NCBI RefSeq assembly: GCF_006345805.1
Contig: NW_021834996.1
Span: 1-43,689, forward strand
Reading direction: 5' to 3'
Source of the DNA: Octopus sinensis
Lineage: Eukaryota
DNA length: 43,689 nt
The notes under the pieces are model-generated. The model was not told where the DNA came from, made no database searches, and saw only the letters and a program-made list of their open reading frames with translations. Position 1 is the stretch's first letter. Each line of letters starts with the position of its first letter. A program made the translations under genes and the position numbers. Below are positions 36,641 through 43,689 of this stretch, one piece after another.

Positions 36641-37159
36641 ATTTTTGGTGGTCGTCTCATATCTTCCCTTCTCATTCAGAACTCCGAGTACAAAATATAA
36701 TGATTACGTATGGAAATGACTCCAACAGGGCCAATGTTTCATGAATATTTATATAGGTATTATTATTGCTATTATTATCTACGCTAAATATAAATATTCA
36801 CTCCTTATTAGTATATTTACTCTGAAGCTTTCTGGTTTTGGTGTAAGACAATTCAGAACGTCAGCAGACTCGAGTTGAACATTTTTTTCTCTTGGTAAAA
36901 CTTACTGATGAAGGCTGAGGCTTTTCGCCAGACCTACAATCATGAGTCAAGTGTATCCAAATACCAAAATATTTAGCATTGAACTGTCTTTGGTATATTA
37001 AAATTATTTTACCCGTTCGTGTTATTCGTGGTTTAATTTAGGGTTTTAACTCCTCTTTCTTGCAGGTAGGCTCCTTGTGAGCCCTTATCACATACATACA
37101 CACACACATACACACACGCACACATACATACACACACATATGTACATATACATATACAA

Positions 37160-37400
37160 GATTAGAATGTCTCAGAAAAGAATCGCAAGACGAATCCTTC
37201 AGGCTGAGCAAACCAGTAAGGAGGCTACGGGTGACGAAGAATGAAATGGTTAGATAATATGCATAACCTCAGCCAGTCCGCTTGGTAATCCAACTGGAGA
37301 GTGTATTGACGGTTGCTTCTGATAAGACCCTATCCCTATGGAGAAGGTGTCTGAAGCCTCTAACCCCACGGCTTTGCCAGGAATAGTGGGCGGAGAAGAA
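37160..37400 (+). mobile_element. RTE-type LINE 3' end fragment
   Basis: RMSQKRIARRILQAE...RMKWLDN. Confidence 0.6.
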
Positions 37401-37699
37401 AGGTTGATGGATGTATGGATATCGAAGAGTTTTTTGAGGGGTTGTTGATTCCCATTAAAAGAAGGCATAAATCTTCACCTTCCCAGGATGAAAGAGAGAT
37501 TCCTATTCAATGATAGAACTTCTAGGTGGTTGTTCGACCTAAAAGAAATAACAGTCAAATGTTACTGAAATCGTACGATGCTAATATTTAAAAAAGAAAC
37601 AAGGATACTTTCGGTGATGTAATGGTTTGCTCAAAAGCATAATGCTTACGATCAGCGACTTGGCCAAAAGCTTTCTTACACACACACACACACACACAA

Positions 37700-37822
37700 A
37701 ACTTTGATCGGCTTGAGGCTATCATAGAAGACACTTGCCCAAAGTGCCACGCATTGGGACTGAACCCCGAACCACGTGGCTAGGAAACAAGCTTCTTACC
37801 AAACAGCCATGCTTGCATCTAT
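37700..37822 (-). mobile_element. SINE A head
   Basis: gaagacacttgcccaaagtgccacgcattgggactgaaccc. Confidence 0.8.
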
Positions 37823-38849
37823 GTTAAATTTCTTGAAGATTCCTGTATAGAATGAGCCTGTTTCTAACAAAAATTACAAGGCTCCATTATTAGAAGGTAG
37901 ATAAGGAAGACAATACACGGCATTAATAAAATAAATATTCAATCTTATTTTTCCACTTTTCCTATAAACAAACAAAAAATATCCCTTACATATGATACAA
38001 CCTTTAGTTAAATTGCATATATCTGCCATGTAAATAAGCGTGGATATTTCACAGAGTTGCACTTATGTACATGTGTTAAGTGACAGGTGATATAAAAAGC
38101 TTACTTCAATTAAAAAATATATACTTTTCACAATCCAATCACCACCACCATCGTCATCTCTCTCTCTCCCTTCTCTCTCTCCCTTTCTCCCCTCTCTCTC
38201 TCTCTCTCGCCCCTCCTTCTTTGCCTTTATTTAACCAGGACATCAGAACATTACCCCTCTGCTAAAGTTATATTTTTAACTCTCCTCCTCTACCTTCAAC
38301 TAACTTTTGTTAACTACGTAATAAATATTACGTTCCCCTTACCTCACATCATAGACGCTTCTCTCTCCCTCTTTTTCTCTCTCCCTCTTTTTCTTTCTCC
38401 CCCTTTTTCTTTCTCCCTCTTTCTGTCTCGCTCTTCACCTTATTCCCTTTCTCTCTTTCCTTTTTCTTTCTCCTCTCTTTCTCTTCAACTAATCACATGA
38501 AAGCGTTATAATTACATTCCCTTTACCTCATGTCATGAACGCTTCTCTAACTCTCTTTTTTTCTTTCCCACTTTTCTTTCTCCCTCTTTTTCTCCAATCA
38601 CATGAAAGCGTTACCGACGGGCTAAGTAACGCAATGACAAGCAGAATTATTATAAGATCTTTGATATTATGTTAACGTTTACTGGACAAAAGATCTCCCT
38701 TCTTACATGCAATTTGTTTTCACTATCCCAGATCACGATATCTGGTTTATTGTATTTCCATCTAACAAATATTTTGGAAGCAGTATTCCAAATTGTATTG
38801 CTTCATATTATAAATTTGTATACTTTTTACATCTCTGTAATTTCTTATA

Positions 38850-39059
38850 CACGATGGGGCAGAAATACCTCCCACATTTGAAAGATTGAAAAAAGGTAAA
38901 GAAACTCCATTTATGAAAAATTAATTTTACTGTTGCTTAAACAAAGGGTTACAGTTTTTGTTCATTAGCTAAATGAAAACATCATTGGCACTTGCATAAG
39001 TTCATTAACAACACATAGATGAAAGTTTAAAATGTGGGATGTATTTCTGCCGCTCCCTG
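38850..39059. mobile_element. Tc1/mariner-type MITE with TA flanks
   Basis: 30-bp TIRs cacgatggggcagaaatacctcccacattt and aaatgtgggatgtatttctgccgctccctg (25/30 match). Confidence 0.85.
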
Positions 39060-39124
39060 TATTTCATCTTCGGGACTATGCATACTACAAATTGCTTTGT
39101 GCATTTTGCAATATCATTTCATCC

Positions 39125-39972
39125 ACTTTCATCCACATGTTTACATTTTTATCGCCTTCAAAGTATTCTCCATTTGAAGCAATGCATCGGTCCAGACCCG
39201 TTTTCCACTGTTCGAAGCAGTTCTGGAACTCTTACGAAGTGATACCTTTTAACGCCTCCGTTGTTTTCTTCATCTCTTCAACAGCTGAAAATTCCGTAAC
39301 ACCAGCTTTCATCACCAGTGATGACCTTCATAAAAAGTTCCGAATCAACTTCCAGCTGTTCTTTCAGTTCATGACAGGCATTCAGTTGTAACTGCTTTTG
39401 ATCTTCTGTGAGCAAGCGAGGCATAAATTTTCCTTTTTCCATTCACAATTCCTCGGTCAAAATTCATTGGCAGGAGCTCCAGGACACACCAGTCATATCA
39501 ACAAGTTCATCAATTGTTTGGCGGCGGTCCTCCAAGATCAGTTCATGAATTTTTAGGCTTTCATTCCTTCGAGAGGTCAACGGCCGCCCTGAACGAGATT
39601 GGTCTTCAAGTGACAAGTGTCTGTTCTTAAAGCGTGAAAACGGCTCGTAAGCTTGTGTTTTGCTGGTGTCAGCTTCCTTGTAAGCTGCTTGAAGCATGAC
39701 AACTGTTGCGACCACTGTTTTCCCCAGTAGAAAACAGAATTTCACAGAAGCACGCTGCTCCTTCGTTTTAGCCATCGCAAAAAAATCGACGAACAGAGGA
39801 GAAGCACTGCAAAAGAAAGACGCATCAAGTGGAAATACGACTTCACTCGACAACGCCGGTCGGCAGACTGATGCCTGAGGATTGCATCAAGTGGATTCTA
39901 GCGGCGGAATCCTGAACTACACTAGGCTTGTCCCACCGAGAACGTTTCTGGTTAGTTTTGGGTACCCCCTCG
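39125..39972 (-). mobile_element. internally deleted mariner element
   Basis: 5' TIR tacgagggggtacccaaaa; MAKTKEQRASVKFC, RSGRP, WSSCQ, KVITGDESWCYG joined directly to FSAVEEMKK...DRCIASNGEYFEG. Confidence 0.88.
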
Positions 39973-41324
39973 TACATAGGTACATAATATCCTTGATATT
40001 TTCGAACAGTTGCTTCTTATGATATGGGCAAATATGGGCCACATTGTCTCTTGATTCCACAGAGTCTGCATTGGTTTTTACAGATAGATGTTTATCTGCG
40101 TCCCAGTACCTTTTGTACATCAGGTACTTGACTGATATTTCCTGTTCTTGAATTGCAAAAGCATATTTTTCAAAGTTGGGTGAGATATAAATCTGAAGAT
40201 ACAGTCCAAGAGTAATATCTACAAATTTCTCTTTAATTCAGCATAAATATTTTCTTTTTCATCTGATAGTCTTATTTCTGTTACTGAGTAGAATTTCGTT
40301 TTCCTGTTCCGTATTACCATTTCTGATATGCTATGCCTTCATTCTGCTACTGATGGTTTTACGGGAATATTCCACCAGCATTTTTTTCATGTTTTGAATA
40401 AATATATTCTCCATATCACAGAAACTTATATGTATATATATATTTTTTAATTTTTATGATTATCCTTTCCTACAGGTTGTAATGTATAATGTTCCGACCA
40501 TGGCATCAAACTTTGTCGGCAGATAATGTAGAGATGACAGTCTCGAGAAGCTACATACGATTTGGGTCATATCTGCACATATTAATTACATCCGTATTTA
40601 GTTCACGCATCAGGTATTTACTTGTAATTTCCGGTTCCTGGATTACAAGAGCTTACCTTTTAAATGGAAAGCTAATATCCCGGTCATTAGCCGATTGTAA
40701 ACAACTTTGGTTAGTCATGTTCCTGTAATTTTGAAACCTTCCTACACAGTCAGCTATCAACTGTTACATAGGCATACAGCTTTTCGGCTAATCATCTCTA
40801 ACTCACTTGGGTGTCAGTATACATACATATATATCTCGGACACCGTCTGGAAATGCTTTTTTACGAGCTCCTTTCCACTTTTCATGATGTTCTCTGCCTC
40901 GTGTATGTACAATTGATCCATGGAAGCAGCTCGATACTTAACGGTTACTAAATGTCGAAGTGAGTTGTGACATTCAAAAGCTGAATAGAATGTTAAATCT
41001 TTGCATTCGTGACTTCATTGTAGGTTTAAGCAGTCTATGGCATATGATTACAAATAGATAAATTTCTAGTGTTACTGAATATTTTTCGGATTTTAACATC
41101 AGTGGTCCTCATCACGTCGAGCAACTAAGCAAAGGCCTCAAATGCTGGTATTGGGATTGATACAGTAAACATATAACAGGCAACGGATTTATTTCACGAG
41201 GAAAGTTCTGAGGATGATGTATTTTTTTAACTGGGTGTTTATATTCTTTGGGTATACATAGCTATCAATCAATTAATCAATCAATCAATCAATCAATCAA
41301 TCAGTTAGCCTATCTGTCTGTCAG

Positions 41325-41389
<65 letters not shown>

Positions 41390-41404
41390 GCAAATAAATG
41401 TGTT

Positions 41405-41697
41405 AACATGTGATATTATTGACCGAAGTTACCGTGGTCTTTTCCGTAGGCTTTTCTTTCCACGAATAAACCTTATCTGCTTCCCTCTTTACACTTTACA
41501 TCATGACATTTCTGTGATACATGATCTCTCTCTATCTTTTTACGATCCCTTTTGATCGAAAACCTACCCCGCTTTTTATTTTTTATTTTTATTTTTATTT
41601 TATTTTATTTTTTTCTCCCCAAAGAGAAAAGCTCCCCTTTGAGTTCAGCCCTGTGTGGCTAATAAAGGAGCAAATCTATCTATCTATCTATCTATCC

Positions 41698-41768
<71 letters not shown>

Positions 41769-41783
41769 CATCTATCTATCTAC

Positions 41784-41872
<89 letters not shown>

Positions 41873-41881
41873 AATCTATCC

Positions 41882-41953
<72 letters not shown>

Positions 41954-42672
41954 GTCTGTCTGTCTGTCTGTCTGTCTCTCGAGTGTCGCTTTGCTCTCAA
42001 GCAACTATGCCGTCCCGGGTCAACCTTGAGTAACTTCAACACAACCCAAGCATTCTATAGGGGATTAGTGGAGGGGAGGTACGACGACGATCTTGGGGCG
42101 AACCTGGGCGTCGACGAGGAATACCTGACCCGCCTGTTTGAGGATTAGAGACAAACATTTTCCTCTCTGGTCAATCAATCTCTCATCAACTTCTTCAAGT
42201 ATCACTTGAAGAGGAAAGTGAGAGTAGAGAGGCAAGTTTTGTCTAGTGAATGTTTTAAAAAAAGATGGGTGAATGTAGCAAGGATGGCACGTATGAATGA
42301 CGAATCCACCTTGACCATGATCCTATGAACCGTAAAAATTAATACAGAGAGTTGCTTATCTGTAAAAAAATATAACATGTGACTTCATTGACCGAGGTTA
42401 CCGTGGTCTTTTCCGTAGGCTTTTCCTTCCACGGGTAAACCTCACCGGTCCTCCCCTTTACACTTTATATTGACATTTCTGTGATAACGATCCCTATTGA
42501 TCGATTTTTCTTTTTCCTTTTATTACCCCACTTTTTTTTTTGCTTTCCTCTTTCTTTCCTTTTACGATCCCTTTCGATCGAAAACCAAACCCCCTTTTTT
42601 CATCCCCAAAAAGAAAAGCTCTACCTTGTAATTTGTCCCGTCTGTGCATGCAGCCCTGTGTGGCTAATAAAG
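41405..42672 (+). repeat. two diverged ~270-300-bp direct repeats (41405-41667 and 42374-42672), each ending cagccctgtgtggctaataaag
   Basis: shared aacatgtga...ttgaccga.gttaccgtggtcttttccgtaggctttt...tacgatccc. Confidence 0.85.
41675..41980. repeat. (TCTA)n/(TCTG)n
   Basis: direct reading. Confidence 0.97.
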
Positions 42673-42779
42673 AAACATATCTGTCTGTCTCTCTATCTAC
42701 GACGGCGGAGGATTTTCATGGTAACTATCGCAGTGTTATGTGTTCTAATAAAACATCCACTTTTAGGTGGGGGATAAAT

Positions 42780-42785
42780 ATAACA

Positions 42786-42822
<37 letters not shown>

Positions 42823-42841
42823 TATAAACCCATACACACAT

Positions 42842-42888
<47 letters not shown>

Positions 42889-43053
42889 CACACAAATACT
42901 CACACACACAAACCTATAAAAAAATGGCATGTTTGCAGGTCACACTATTACAAGATGTTTGCAAAAGAGTTATTTCCCTTCCTTTTTTCTTCTTGGTTGT
43001 ACAGAAACAGGAAATTAGAAAAGCAATATAAAGGAGATAGATAGATTGTGAGA

Positions 43054-43113
<60 letters not shown>

Positions 43114-43312
43114 GAGAGAGATGGAAAGAGAGAGAGAGAAATTGGGTGAGGGAGATGGAGAACAGAGATGAATTGCAATTAATGCTTGATTGGTACTTTA
43201 TTGACATAAATCAGAAATACGTGGTTAAATAGAGAGGCCGACTGACAAACAGATAAATTGGTAGGGAGATAGACAGACAGACGGACGGACAGACAGACGG
43301 ACAGACAGACGG

Positions 43313-43369
<57 letters not shown>

Positions 43370-43467
43370 TAGATAGAATCACAGACTGGTGTTGTCAGCC
43401 AGAGAACCAAAGAATCCGACAGACAGTCAGACAACCAGATAGATAAAAAGATAGAAAGTGAGATAGG

Positions 43468-43547
<80 letters not shown>

Positions 43548-43548
43548 C

Positions 43549-43613
<65 letters not shown>

Positions 43614-43689
43614 TAGCTAGAGAGAGAGACAGACAGACAGACACATACACAGATAAGTAGATCGATAGATTCATAGATAAATAGACAGA
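42780..43689. repeat. (CA), (GA), (GACA/GACG) and (GATA) microsatellite field
   Basis: direct reading. Confidence 0.9.

Larger units (their letters stand above)
38640..41200 (-). mobile_element. degenerate R4/Dong-like (restriction-like endonuclease) non-LTR retroelement, split by a mariner and a MITE
   Basis: minus translation across frameshifts: DVKIRK, FAIQEQEISVKYL..KR, CRLCG...VAHI-CP...YYVPM | NDIAK | KYNKPDIVIWDSENK...EIFCPVNVNI. Confidence 0.68.

Noticed and set aside
36905-36930. ctgatgaaggc hammerhead-like start
   Set aside because: No downstream GAAA or stem III.
41405-42672. LTR pair of one retrotransposon
   Set aside because: The copies are too diverged and differ in length, with no clear TG..CA ends, PBS or TSD; retained only as dispersed direct repeats.

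Overview
Repeat-saturated, AT-rich eukaryotic non-coding DNA. The microsatellite load and SINE families look cephalopod/Octopus-like, which is an inference from recall and was not searched. I recognised no host-gene exon, and almost all listed ORFs are microsatellite artefacts. Supported content: a young 5'-truncated CR1-type LINE, a GC-rich Penelope-like element (RT + GIY-YIG), a near-complete Tc1, mariner and Tc1 fragments, MITEs, RTE 3' ends, a fragmented R4/Dong-like retroelement split by two nested DNA transposons, at least four tRNA-type SINE families, and several minisatellites with higher-order structure. The most interesting signal is a Penelope-linked system. Four copies of a terminal repeat carry a minimal hammerhead-ribozyme motif with compensatory stem changes. 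One copy sits at the far end of a possible ~4.2-kb composite unit: SINE Pol III head, Penelope RT/EN, 2.5-kb CA-rich cryptic tract with hairpin islands, then the hammerhead repeat. Other notable observations are a 12 x 34-bp array derived from a SINE segment and SINE multimers with a recurrent fixed junction.
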